A stretch of 64,000 bases of DNA from Rotaria socialis. Lineage: Eukaryota. The position numbers and the translations under genes were made by a program. Position 1 is the first letter of the stretch. Each line of letters starts with the position of its first letter. Below the pieces are notes generated by a model that was given only the letters and a program-made list of their open reading frames with translations, did no database searches and was not told where the DNA came from. Positions 13,973 through 25,964 of the stretch are shown here, in pieces. The stretch covers positions 1-64,000 of the forward strand of contig CAJNYD010000546.1 in NCBI GenBank assembly GCA_905331295.1, written 5' to 3'.

Positions 13973-16900
13973 ATGGCCAACATTTCATCTGATGTTCGTA
14001 ATTATTTCAAATTGGAACTTTTGTTAACACGTTCGCACGATCCACTTCGTCAACTGTTTAAGAATCGTTATTCTCAATTTAACGGTGGTCAAATATGGAA
14101 TGATACACCCACATGTGGAACAAATTATTTGACTAATGTCATTAAAAAGAATAAAAAAATTAGTTTAACAAAAGTGCAAAATATATCTGTTTCGCATGGC
14201 GATTCAAATGAATGGGATTTGACTACAATAAATGCTCTTCTCATATTTGGTGACCGTCCAAAAACACTAAACGCAGCTGAAATACAACAGCTCGACGAAG
14301 AAGATAAATCATTGAAACAACTGAGAGAAATTCGAAATAATTTGGCTCATCACGCGTCGAAATCCGTTGATAATGTTGAATTTAATCAGTTGTGGACTGA
14401 TTTAACGACAATTCTAGTTGCACTCGGTGATATAGACACTGAATTAGATAAACTAAAGGATGACAGTATTTTCGAAGCTCCTACTCAAGTAATTAATGAA
14501 GATAACGTGAAAGAAGCATCACGTTTAAACTCACTTGGCACTCAAGCTCATAAAGATGGGAAATTTTCCGAAGCAATCACATTATTTACAAAAGCAATAG
14601 TTTTATCGGGTGTTGTAGATCATGACCGTGCTATTTTCTTTTCTAATATGGCTTCTACTCGTCTTGCACTGTATGAGCAACAAGCAGGTTCTATCGGAAG
14701 ATTTGAAATTAAAGATTCAATGGATGAACGATATCGTGCACTGCAAGATGCTAAAAAAGCCCGAAATCTTTGGCCTTCATGGTGGAAAGGACATTTACGT
14801 GTTGGAAAAGTATACGCTGTTTTGAATGAACATGGCAAAGCGATTAATTCATTTGAACGAGCACTGGCTCTCGATGCCACAAACGACGAAATAAAGAAAG
14901 CATTGGATGAAAATCGTACAATACACAGTCAACAACTGTCGCACAACCATCTTAATCCAGAACTAAGACCAATGTCGATACCTGAACGATTGAATGAAAA
15001 ACAGCAGAAATTCGGTACAGATCCAGAGGACACACTCCTTACTCTACGCTTTCTTGAAGAAATCGATCCAGCCGTAGCGGATTTGACGCAAGGACACAGA
15101 TACGAACATGGAGATATTGATGTTAAACAAAATTATGAAACAGCAGCTCGGTATTTTTCAAAAGCAGCAAGCCAAAGCAATGCAGAAGGATTATATAATA
15201 TAGCTCGATTGACTGATCTTGGTCTTGGTGTGAAGAAGGATCATAAGTTAGCTCAAACCTTTTATGAGCAAGCAGCTGCACAACCACCAATGTATTCGAA
15301 ACTAAAAAATTTTCGAAATCCGGGTGTAGCAGAAGCCGAACATGCTTTAGGTCTTCGATACGCTGAAGGTATCGTCGTTCACAAAAATCTAAAAACTGCT
15401 GTGTATTGGTATGAACGGGCTATCGCTCACGAATATTTTCCAGCAGCCAATACTTTGGCTTTGATGTACTACAACGGTATTGGTGTGCAAATGAATCTTG
15501 ACAAGGCAGAACAATTGTTTGAAATGGCAGCTAAAAAAGGTGATGCAATGGCTATGCAGAGTTTAGCAAAGATGTTGTTGGATAAAAATGAACTTCAAAT
15601 GGCAACGATATGGTATGATCGAGCGTGCGAATCAGGCAATATTATAACTCAAACTAACCGTCTTATGTTTGAGAAATTGTTGCAGGAAAAGCAGCAAGAA
15701 ATTGGCAAATGTCCACTAAAAACTGTGAAACAGATTAATGCAACAGGAAATGTTTCAGAATCATGTCATGGAAAAGAGAACGAAGATAAACAAACTGACC
15801 AGTCCCACGAGAATGATTATAACATTTTAATTGAACATGCCAATCTTGGTTCGATAACCGCAAGGAAAATGTGTGATGTTCTGCAACATTTAGAGCAAGC
15901 ATTAAGTATAATCAAGCAAGCAAAAACTTTAACAGAAAATGAAGAAAACGTATTTGTACACGAACTGTCACTATGCTTTCGTATCGAACCTATAGTCGGT
16001 CGATTTCCTACTATAGAAATCAGGCAAAAAACAGATGAAATTGTTGATCGCGTTCTTCATCGATGTGCTACGGAAACCAAATCAACTAATGGTGTCTCAC
16101 AACTCGATGAAGATGTTCGACTATGTTACGCTGTTTTACATATGGACTCACTAAGTGAAATCGTTGAGTTTCTTTGTCCATGTAAACAAAAATATCCGAA
16201 ATCAATTATTTTTTTCCAGTTAAGTGCGGCAGCAAACGGTTCGCTAGGTCAATATGAGACAACATTATATGATACTAATATCGGATTAGAAATAGATCCA
16301 CACAACTCTGAGTTATTGTATAAAAAAGCCGTGGCATTGCGACTATTAGGTAAGGATATGAGCGAGACTATCACAGCGTATCACAGCGTATCAAGCATTT
16401 CTCGCAGTCGCTCCCAAGGATCATCGAAAAGTACCAGAATCATATTATGCAATGGCAAGTTGTTATTTTGCACACGAAAAGCACCAAGACATTATTGATA
16501 ATGTCAAGAAAATATATCAGCAAGGCGAAGAAGCGGAAAAACAACAATTACCATATTTTCTACCTTATGAATCGAACATTAAAACCCTTATTAAACAGAT
16601 GCTCGATGAAAAATCTTCGCTAAATATAGAGTCACCAACTCCTGTTATTAATAATAAATCACGACTAAGAAATCCGAATCGAATTGCAGTTATACTGGAA
16701 CATCGTAAATGGCAAAGCACATTCCTACAAGCGAGTGACAGTTCATTTCGTCATGTCGCATACACTACTCGTAAACCTCGAGTTCCGCAGCGAACAGCCA
16801 AATCGTTGATTGGATTGAAACCAATTACAATAAGAGAAATGAATCCAATAAATGATCATGTTTACGAAGGATATGTGCTTTCGGTAACAATCATAGGAGA

Positions 16901-17285
16901 GGCTTATTCGTGGAAGCCATCAATTCATCTGGTGATTGAAGATGAACATCTCGATTGCATAAAAATATGTGTTTATGGTTGTCCTGAAGATCAGGGAGAA
17001 TACTTTACTACGAAAGTGTTTAGAATTGGCAGTAAAATGAATATTATTAATCCATACCTACGAATACCTCCACGTGACCAGATACCAGTGGTTCGTGTCG
17101 ATGAGTTTTCATCAATTATGATGCAAAGTGAATCTGAATACATAGTCAATATGTGTCGATGTTGTGGAGAAGCAAATGCATTGCATGTTTGCAGTAAATG
17201 TAAACAAGCATGTTATTGTACAAAAGAATGCCAAAGTATAGATTGGGAATTATATCAACATAAACTTATATGTAAGAAACAATAA
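13973..17285 (+). CDS. HEPN (DZIP3-like)-TPR-SEL1 repeat-TPR-MYND zinc finger protein, frameshifted by a 10-bp tandem duplication
   Basis: Intronless. WDLTTI plus RNNLAH (Rx4H) in the N-terminal domain; TPRs (WWKGHLRVG..FERALALD); SEL1 repeats (AEGLYNIARL..GLGVKKD); C-terminal CRCC..CSKCKQACYCTKECQSIDW..HKLIC. Deleting one TCACAGCGTA (16371-16390) joins ORFs 13973 and 16452 into 1100 aa. Confidence 0.85.
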
Positions 17286-18090
17286 CCACGATGTGGGTGA
17301 AGGTGAATGTTAGAAATGGTATCAGAATATCACATCCACATCTGTAGTGAACTCTATGTTTTATTTGATTTAGAACAGGTTTTTTTCTAATGCATTCTGT
17401 TGGAACATTTAAGAGAACAATTGTACGCTCTCGATTTTTAAACAGGAGAAGTTTTATTTCTATGCTTAGGTATTATTGCACAACAAATAAATGAAAAGAA
17501 AAATATTAATTCAATGGAAAAGAACACAATTCGAGTAGACGGTTTAATGATTAAATATGTTATTGTAACGCTCATGGTGCAGATTTGTATGATCAATTGA
17601 GGAAACTTGAAGAAGATATGAAGAACTGATATATTTGACATAACTCAATTCTCTTCTTTTATTTTATTTTATTTTATTTTATTATTTTAAATTAATAATC
17701 AGTAAAACCTAATAATTTAGCATTACCAGTCATTTAAACAGTAAGCGCGACCGTAATATCGCTAATCCTCTACTGAAAGGACGTGAGCATCTAAAAAACA
17801 ACACCGTCAAAACGCCTACGTGAGAGACTTCAAATAGTTTTAGCTTAATGATTATAACGAAGAAAACCAGTGATAACCAAACTTAAATAGAAAATTAACT
17901 TGCAAGTATCACCAAGAAATCTTCATTTAGGTGTTATTTATCGATACTAAATGGCTAGAGTAAAATTAGATGCGTCCTAATAATGAAGCACGAACAACGT
18001 TCAGAAAAACGTAAATAAGCTCAATATAAGATGAAGAAAAACAGCCATCTAGGAGAGCTATCATCGTAATACTCCGTTTCAGTGAACCTA

Positions 18091-19794
18091 CACTGAAAAA
18101 AAGTTTCCATACGAAACCCAAAAAAGTTTCGATTTTTGAAACGAAATCGAAACCCTTTTTGCTTTCGTAAAAGAAAATAAATTTATCCCCTATAAAAAAG
18201 GGTTTCGCTTTTCACGTTCCATAAAATACGCTACGCAGTATTGGAGAAAGGTTTTGCTGAATAGTATACTCTACTACTAAAGCAATTTTGCACCACTATT
18301 CAATACAAAAATCATGCATAAATCTATGCTTTCGCAGCTCTCTCAACAACAACAAAAGCACTGGCAATCTCAATATGTTTAACGTATCTTCTCACGGGTC
18401 TATCACTACTATTCCGATTGTCATCTATTGAGCTATATAACACAACGTCCACTATCTTAGTACTTAGACTTTCTCATCGAAACCGAAAAGAAAAGAACTT
18501 TTCAGTGACTTCTCATGGGAACGACTACACTATCCACTCTATCAAACCGAGAACAACTCAATGCAGATAATTCCTTTTAGAAGAGCACCCAGAAAGGATA
18601 TTATTCTTTTGCCTGAGCTTTATGAAAAAATGATTGATTCTTTTGATACGTTAATGAAAATAATACCACTGCTGTCAAGAACCTAAATAGCAAATATTCG
18701 AATATATTAATTATACTAGTACCTTCCGAATGATAAAATTCTTCCAAAACCTACATAGAGAATAAATGAATTGATTAATTCTAATGGTAACGTATCCAAT
18801 AATTGGTTCTTAACGAACTAAAATAGAAGATAAACTGATTTCTCATTTCTAATCAGTACTTACTAATAATGTAATTCAAGACAAGCCTTAGTAGAAACAA
18901 AAATAAATTTTTATTCTTATCTCAAATTATCGAACATCGAATTCTGAAGGAACTAAAATAGAGGACGAACGAATTTATCGTTTATAATAATAACTTATCA
19001 ACAGTACAATTCTCTCAAGAATCTAAATAGAGGAAAAATGAATTTATTAATGCTTATGGTAACTAACCTTTAATACGAAAAATTATGGTTCAAGTGTGAT
19101 ATGATGTACGTGCAGATTCTATAGCCAAAATTCAAAACTTGAATCAACACTAAATAAAGAAATGAATGAGATCAGAATAAAAAATGCAATAGATACGCAC
19201 ATCAAATAGTTGTTGATATAGATTCAGCAATTGTTTTGGGGGCAATAATTGAAATATAGTAACTACTGGATCGAAGATCTATTCTAAAATAATTAGATCA
19301 ATGTAAAACTAAATAATAATCTTAACAAAAAATTTAGCATTGTGGGAAATTATACTTCGATAAAAGACAACCATTAAATATGTTGAACGTTCTTTATCAT
19401 AACCGCTGGAATGGGATGAGAGAAAAAAGTTAGCGATGAATGCAGTAAAAAGCTTTCCAGAATGAGTTCAGACGCCTGTCGGTGAAATTTGATGAATAAC
19501 GATTGAATGAAAATATGAAAGCCCCAGTTAATTGTATCATTAGTCATGTAGTTGTTCCCTTCATGAGCTATTTTACCAAACCTTTTTGAACGCGAAACTC
19601 AAGAGGGTTTATGGCGAAACCTATTATAAATCACAAATTCGAAATAGTTCACGAGAAAACCTTCTTAAATTTCGCAACTCTTATAATTATATTGCCTAAC
19701 CTTGTACGGATTTCGAATAATTCTACGGAAACCTATATAGTATAGTACAGCTCCACGAAAGCTCGAAGGTTTCGCTTGACACCTTTTTTCAGTG
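18091..19794. mobile_element. Non-autonomous CACTA/EnSpm-like element
   Basis: TIR CACTGAAAAAA...TTTTTTCAGTG; subterminal GAAACC/GGTTTC repeats; flanks TA/TG; no long ORF. Confidence 0.65.
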
Positions 19795-21125
19795 TGGTAT
19801 CCTTAACTAATAATGAAAGCTAAGTCCAATCAGATTAAAACGCTAATATAGTATGAGAAAAATGAAGTGAAAACTTTTTCTTCTAACACCAAATGTCCAC
19901 TTTCACATTTACATTCAGTAGCACGTGAGAACGAAATTGCATTAGAAGAGATGATTTACATAAATTTTCTATAGGTCCGTTCTAATGTAAAACAGAATGC
20001 TCACATGCATTCTATTTCGAGGCACTGCACTTATTTATAACGTGTTCAATTGGGTTGATACAGATTATTTTAATTATATCTCATCAATGGAGTAACATAT
20101 TCACCTGAATTTTTCTAAATGGGTAGAGAAAAATGCAAGGACTAAGTTCTTCTCCAGATTCGTTTTATCGCATTTAACTCGACCATTTCTCAACATTTTT
20201 TAAATATTTTTTCACTAATAGATAGACAATACATTTGTCTACTCAGTAATAATATTTGAGTTCATTGGTTCACTATTTCATAAAAATATTAAGGGAGAAA
20301 CATGAGTATACCAAAACGACGTTCTAATTAGGAACATGTAATCTACTGATTTTTCTTGTTGTACTACGATGAACTCTTGCTCAACAGCTAATAAAATTCA
20401 GAAAACTGAGAATTGCCATTTAGTACAAGATCCGAAGTAGCTGATTACCATGCTGCCTTGCTATCAAACGCTAGATGGTGCAAATATTGTGTGTCGACGA
20501 AAATATGATTAAGTATTTATCAGTTTCTTTTTCTTTTTACCATTTCTATTTATTCTGTTTTTATAGATTTATGTGATTCGAAAAAAGAACTAATGCTTAG
20601 TATTATCATATGATTTCGCTCAAAGAATGGTAAATTCGACCAATAGGATTCCATTCGAGCTACTATTTCAAGACTTTAATTTCGAACGGACTTGTTTCTT
20701 TGTGTTGAATCCTATCACATAGGTACCTATTCGAATCTCTATCAGTTTTAAGAATGCATACTATATACCGTGTCTCACTAAACATGAAAAAATATTACTT
20801 TTTTCTTTCTATTCTTTAACGAGACAGTGGAGAGATTACTTTATCTATTCTTGTAATAGTGTTCTGTTTCTTTCTTTCAACTAAAGCTGTCTTGTATGCA
20901 GTAGCTTTTAGTTCGTGCATTCATTGTGCAATGTTTTCTTTTTTCTTCTCTGCGTGATTAAGATACATATTCAACATATCATGTGGGCAAGGATGAAAAG
21001 TGCGTTATCTTGTATCATCTCTCTAAATTTCAAGATATAAACTCTAACCACAGCCTTATTCATCGTCAATACATTGCAACTAGGATTTATTGATTTTTAT
21101 TGCTCTGGTGGAAACCATTGGTTCC

Positions 21126-21894
21126 TTTTTGATCATTAGAGTTTATTCTTTCTCAAAAGATGTATCGTGTAATTTTCTACAAAACCTTGATGAAACTTAT
21201 TTCTGTAGAAAGTTAACGAAAAACATTAAATAAAGAACATCGAACAGATAGAAAGTGCCCAACTTTCAAGCTAGAAAATCGTTTTACCCCAACTACTTGT
21301 ATTAAGCTAAATGAGATAAAAAGATAAGAATAAATGTATTTTGTAGACCTTGAAAATCCATATCAACCACTGTTAGTAGTAAGCAAATGCTAAATCAACC
21401 GTTGAGACTTGTATCGATCTTCTTCTCCGTCAGACTTCCCAAAATTCAGCTATATGAATCTGTTGTGTTCGAAGCTCATGAATAACGTCGTATAACGAAG
21501 CTACAATAGCACCTTTTGAGCTCGGGTTTTTTTCGTTTTGATAAGAAATGAATCCTATTTCCATGTTCAGCGACGACACTTTGCCCTGATCTTACTTTAA
21601 GTTCTCTCTGTAGATCCAGGCGACAAAATTTTTTTAGATCCGGATCATTTTGAAAAAACAGTAAGATGTATAGCGAAAAGGGAAACACTTTTGTTTTGCT
21701 ATTTTTAGAATTGTTTAAAATAATTGGAAATTTGTGTATCAAAATAGTTTTGAAAGTTGAGCAGTGTCTATATGTTCGATATTCTTCGTTTAATTTTTTT
21801 TCTTAGCTTTCTACAGAAATAAGTTTGAACAAGGTTCTGTAGAAAATTTCACGGCAAATCTTTTGGAGAAACAATCAGCTCTAATGGTCAAAAA
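21126..21894. mobile_element. MITE/foldback element with long imperfect TIRs
   Basis: 21126-21268 is the diverged reverse complement of ~21750-21894 (about 145 bp). Confidence 0.7.
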
Positions 21895-22994
21895 TAAAAA
21901 AAGCTTGTAGTCGAAATACCGAGTGGTCCATTTATTGTGCGCCATAGAAGTTCTTGTTTAGGCATTATATAAATTTACTGCTTTTATTTACAGATCAGTC
22001 TAGCATCCACTTTTGTTCGGTTAATATTCTCGTGAAATAAATATTAGTACTGAAGGTAACATTATAATATTTATGAATTGTTAAAGATTTTCTTTATATG
22101 AGACAGTCCAAATAATGATATGGTAAGAAGTAACATTTTTGATATTATAGATTTCGAAGTAATAGCTTCATATAGGCTTTACACCTTATGGCAAGTTAGT
22201 GTGCGTTTGCGAGTTCAGTACTACCAAGTCTTAGATTTGCGTGTGCCACTAGAAACTCTAACCAGAACAATAGCTAGGAATCGACATCTGCCTAAATACA
22301 GATGCACAGGGTAGAGCTATAACCAGTAGTTTTCTCCTTGCCGACACTGATGTAAACGTCCAGACCAGACTGGTATGAGTCATTCTTCAGCTTTTTTTTT
22401 CAGTCTATCGGACTCGAAACAAATCCTCCATTTGTCACATTAGCTTTTGAATAGCTACAGTAATGATGTAACCCCCCCCCTCTCCATAATTGAACACCCT
22501 ACTTCAAAAAAAGTTGCAAAGTCATATTAGATGGGTGTGGGTTTTGGATAAAGGATCACCCACACCCCAAGATAGATATTGTCAAAGAATGATTATCAGG
22601 ATAGTGTCAAAGATTTTGAAAGATTAATTTAGATATAATATTTCGAGCAATTCTGTAAATCTGTAAATATTATTTATCATGTCGTTCTCGCAGAATATTG
22701 AGCTCTTCTAAGTTGCGTTATGAAAACTCTGAATGAAATAAATAAAGAGCGAGAAACTAAATATGCTCAAAGATTTCATGCTGTAATAAACTTTATGAGA
22801 AGATCCAACCGTTTTATTTAGTTCTCTAAAACATACTCTTCTGAAGTAGACATTGTGTAAAACTATTTGGTGAAACATGTTCCCTTGAATATAAGTTTGG
22901 GATGATAGAAAGTAAAACACCTGTTGGTTTCTAAGATGACAATTATACAAAATAGAAATAGCGAATATTTACTTTTCAATAGTGAGGATTAGTC

Positions 22995-25208
22995 ATGGCA
23001 ACCAGTGATCATCAATTATCTAATGATAATGGGAGTTACAATCCTTTTTTCGAAAAGAAACTGATCGAAGAAAACCGTAAAGATGGATACTGGATTGAAG
23101 CTTTTAAAGTTGACAATCAAAGTCCTATTGGATTGATAGGATATGGACTTAGTTATGGACAAGTCAATTTTTATCCAAATCCATGTACAACTACAGAACC
23201 AGGAAAAGCAATTCGTATTCAAGATCTACCAGGTCCTGTAGCCATGGATCAAGCTGATATTACAGGCAATGGAATTAATGACATTATTATCTGTTATAAA
23301 TATGGTAACACAATGGTAGATTGCGATCCCACCGGGGGAAAGATCATATGGTTGCAAAATCCAGGACCGAAACTCGAACAAGAACAATGGATATCCCATT
23401 ATATTGGAAGATCTACAGCAATGCACAGACTTAAAGTCGGCCATTTCACACAAAACACGCGTTTGGAGATTATAGGTTTGCCTATTGTAAACGAGCCATA
23501 TAATTTACTTGCACCAGTACCTGTGCTATTATTTCAACAACCTGACGATGTATTAAATACTAAAGAGTGGCCTTGTGAAATAATAGATAAAGAATTTTTT
23601 CATATGATTCACGATGCAAAAAAATTTAATACGGGCTCATTAGATAATCTTCTTATTGCATCACGCGAAGGCATTAATTGGCTTTACTTTGATGAAAAAT
23701 TTCACAAATGGACTATTGAACATATTGGAGAAGGAGAACAAGAAGAAAAGCAGCAAACAACTTATTACGGTAGTGGATGTGTAGATGCAGGAAAAGTTGG
23801 AAATGATTCTTTTGCGTATATTCCTACTGTCGAACCTTTTCATGGAAATGTAGTTGCTGTCTACATTAAAAGTACCGACAATTATTTGAAACAAATTCAA
23901 TGGAAAAGATATGTACTGGATGTTTATGGATACCCTAACGAACATGGTGAAGGTCCAGCCCATCATATCGTTTGCGCTGATTTTGACAAAGATGGAGACG
24001 ATGAATTCTTAGTGGCACTTCGAGGACCATCTCCAAATCAAGGTGTCTACTATTATAAACCTATCGATCTTTCTCGTGGTTTATTTGCTAAATGGAAAGT
24101 TAGTAGTGATTCTGCTGCTAGAATTACTGTTGCTGATTTTGATAATGATGGCTTGCTAGACTTTGCAACCATTAGTTATTACGTTCCTGGCTATTACGAA
24201 GCTGAAAATCCATCTATTAACATCTATTACAATCGATATGCCAACAAGAGTGTACAAGGTCAAAAAGAGATACAAGTGACGAAGCAAAACAATGAACTTT
24301 TGTTCAAAGTTCCGAGACCAAACAAAATATTAAAATATGAAACACTGCCATTTACTGCTGTAGGAGGTATAGCTTTATCTTTAGAAGTCATACCACCTTG
24401 TAGTTCACGTCATGTCGGTAAAAACACCTATATCAAGGTTCTTTCTGGAATTATAAAGTGGACGAGTTGTGCTACAAAATCATCTGAAGAGGTACATCAT
24501 TCGCGTATGTTTCTCTGTACACCAAAAAGTGTTTCTTCGCTTGAGATACAAAGTAATGAAAATAGAGTATCAACAGGTAAAGAAGGTGCCATTTTGCTTG
24601 TATTAAAAATGGATGAATCCATGAAAGATATTCCTCAATTTGATTCTATTGGAAAAGTTACGATTGAGAATATATTACCAGAGTACTGTTCTGAAGAAAC
24701 TCGTAAACTTGGCTTTCAATTTATCAAATGTGATAGATATGAATGGGGAAAGGATAAATTCAAGGGTCTTGAATTTTACAATCTAACAGGTTTTACAGTT
24801 GATTTTGCTGACAATGATGAACATCTTTGCCACATGCAAATGTGGGCTGCGGGACAAGGTGTAAATTGTGGAGTACGCAATCTTTCTGATACTTTATCCT
24901 GTGAAGTTTATGCTTGTATCATCAATGGAACTGGACAAGGTGGCATGCAATATCTCAAAAGCTCGAAAGAAGAGTATGATCCACTCACTACCTCGGATTC
25001 AAAATTCCAAAATTTACCAGTACCATCTTTTTATGAACATGGTCCTATATGGGATATCGATGCACAAAAAAAAACAGTTTTCCGAGAAAATGGTACTGTT
25101 GTATATCCTTGCCACAAATGGCAATCTGGCAACAATGGTTCATCGATTCAATCATTTGACATTTGGATTGCTTTTGAATTCAATGCTCAATTATCAGCTT
25201 TACTTTAA
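22995..25208 (+). CDS. Aldos-2-ulose dehydratase/isomerase (AUDH)-like: beta-propeller plus cupin domains
   Basis: Intronless 737 aa. DGYWIEAF, AMHRLKVGHF, EPFHGN, HHIVCADFDKDGDDEFLVA, ADFDNDGLLDFATISYYVPGYY (FG-GAP-like propeller) and C-terminal NGTGQGGM, FYEHGPIW, YPCHKW match fungal/bacterial AUDH. Confidence 0.85.
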   Translation: MATSDHQLSNDNGSYNPFFEKKLIEENRKDGYWIEAFKVDNQSPIGLIGYGLSYGQVNFYPNPCTTTEPGKAIRIQDLPGPVAMDQADITGNGINDIIICYKYGNTMVDCDPTGGKIIWLQNPGPKLEQEQWISHYIGRSTAMHRLKVGHFTQNTRLEIIGLPIVNEPYNLLAPVPVLLFQQPDDVLNTKEWPCEIIDKEFFHMIHDAKKFNTGSLDNLLIASREGINWLYFDEKFHKWTIEHIGEGEQEEKQQTTYYGSGCVDAGKVGNDSFAYIPTVEPFHGNVVAVYIKSTDNYLKQIQWKRYVLDVYGYPNEHGEGPAHHIVCADFDKDGDDEFLVALRGPSPNQGVYYYKPIDLSRGLFAKWKVSSDSAARITVADFDNDGLLDFATISYYVPGYYEAENPSINIYYNRYANKSVQGQKEIQVTKQNNELLFKVPRPNKILKYETLPFTAVGGIALSLEVIPPCSSRHVGKNTYIKVLSGIIKWTSCATKSSEEVHHSRMFLCTPKSVSSLEIQSNENRVSTGKEGAILLVLKMDESMKDIPQFDSIGKVTIENILPEYCSEETRKLGFQFIKCDRYEWGKDKFKGLEFYNLTGFTVDFADNDEHLCHMQMWAAGQGVNCGVRNLSDTLSCEVYACIINGTGQGGMQYLKSSKEEYDPLTTSDSKFQNLPVPSFYEHGPIWDIDAQKKTVFRENGTVVYPCHKWQSGNNGSSIQSFDIWIAFEFNAQLSALL

Positions 25209-25964
25209 AAAATTAAAATAAACTTCTAGCCAACGTATGTGAGGTACATTAACTCAGTTTTCAAAAATACTGATCATCATTTTTATCCCTCATCTTAACT
25301 ATAAAGCTGCTATTATTATCTATTAAATTTTTCTTTCTTTGTTCTCATGTTAGTTTTGAAATAGATTTCTTCATCTTTGACGTGTGGGTGTGTTTGAGTG
25401 AGTATGGGTGAAATTGCGCAGGTAATTTACACTAACATTCATTTCAGTGGATTTTATGTTAGAAATCATGAAAAAATTCGCAGTTTTAATAGAAGTATTT
25501 CGGGAATGTATTATTTTATTCATACGATCAACAAATATAGGCAAAGACTCCTATATTGAGAGTGGGTTTTGTAGATGAGTGGTGTGAGGATGTGGTAGTG
25601 AGTGAGGGTGAGGGTTTGTATGATAAAAAGTATCGAGTGGGTGAAGATGTGTTTGACTCTGGCTTAATGTTATTCGATTGAAAAAGTAACGATGGCCTAG
25701 CACTCCCCATTACCTACGTACACAATCTGAAAAGAATCCCAATGTAGAACTTCAATTTCGGTTATCATTCGTATTGCAATATTTTTTATTTCATTTTAAA
25801 AATAGAACAAGATCCCAAGTTTTTCTTCAAAACAAAAAAACCCTCAACTAGAACAGTAATAATGAAATATATATGATTTTAATTAACAATAAATAAAAAG
25901 TAACATATAAATATCTGACTAGATATACGTATATCGCAAGAAGGAATCTATGTAAATGGTGATC

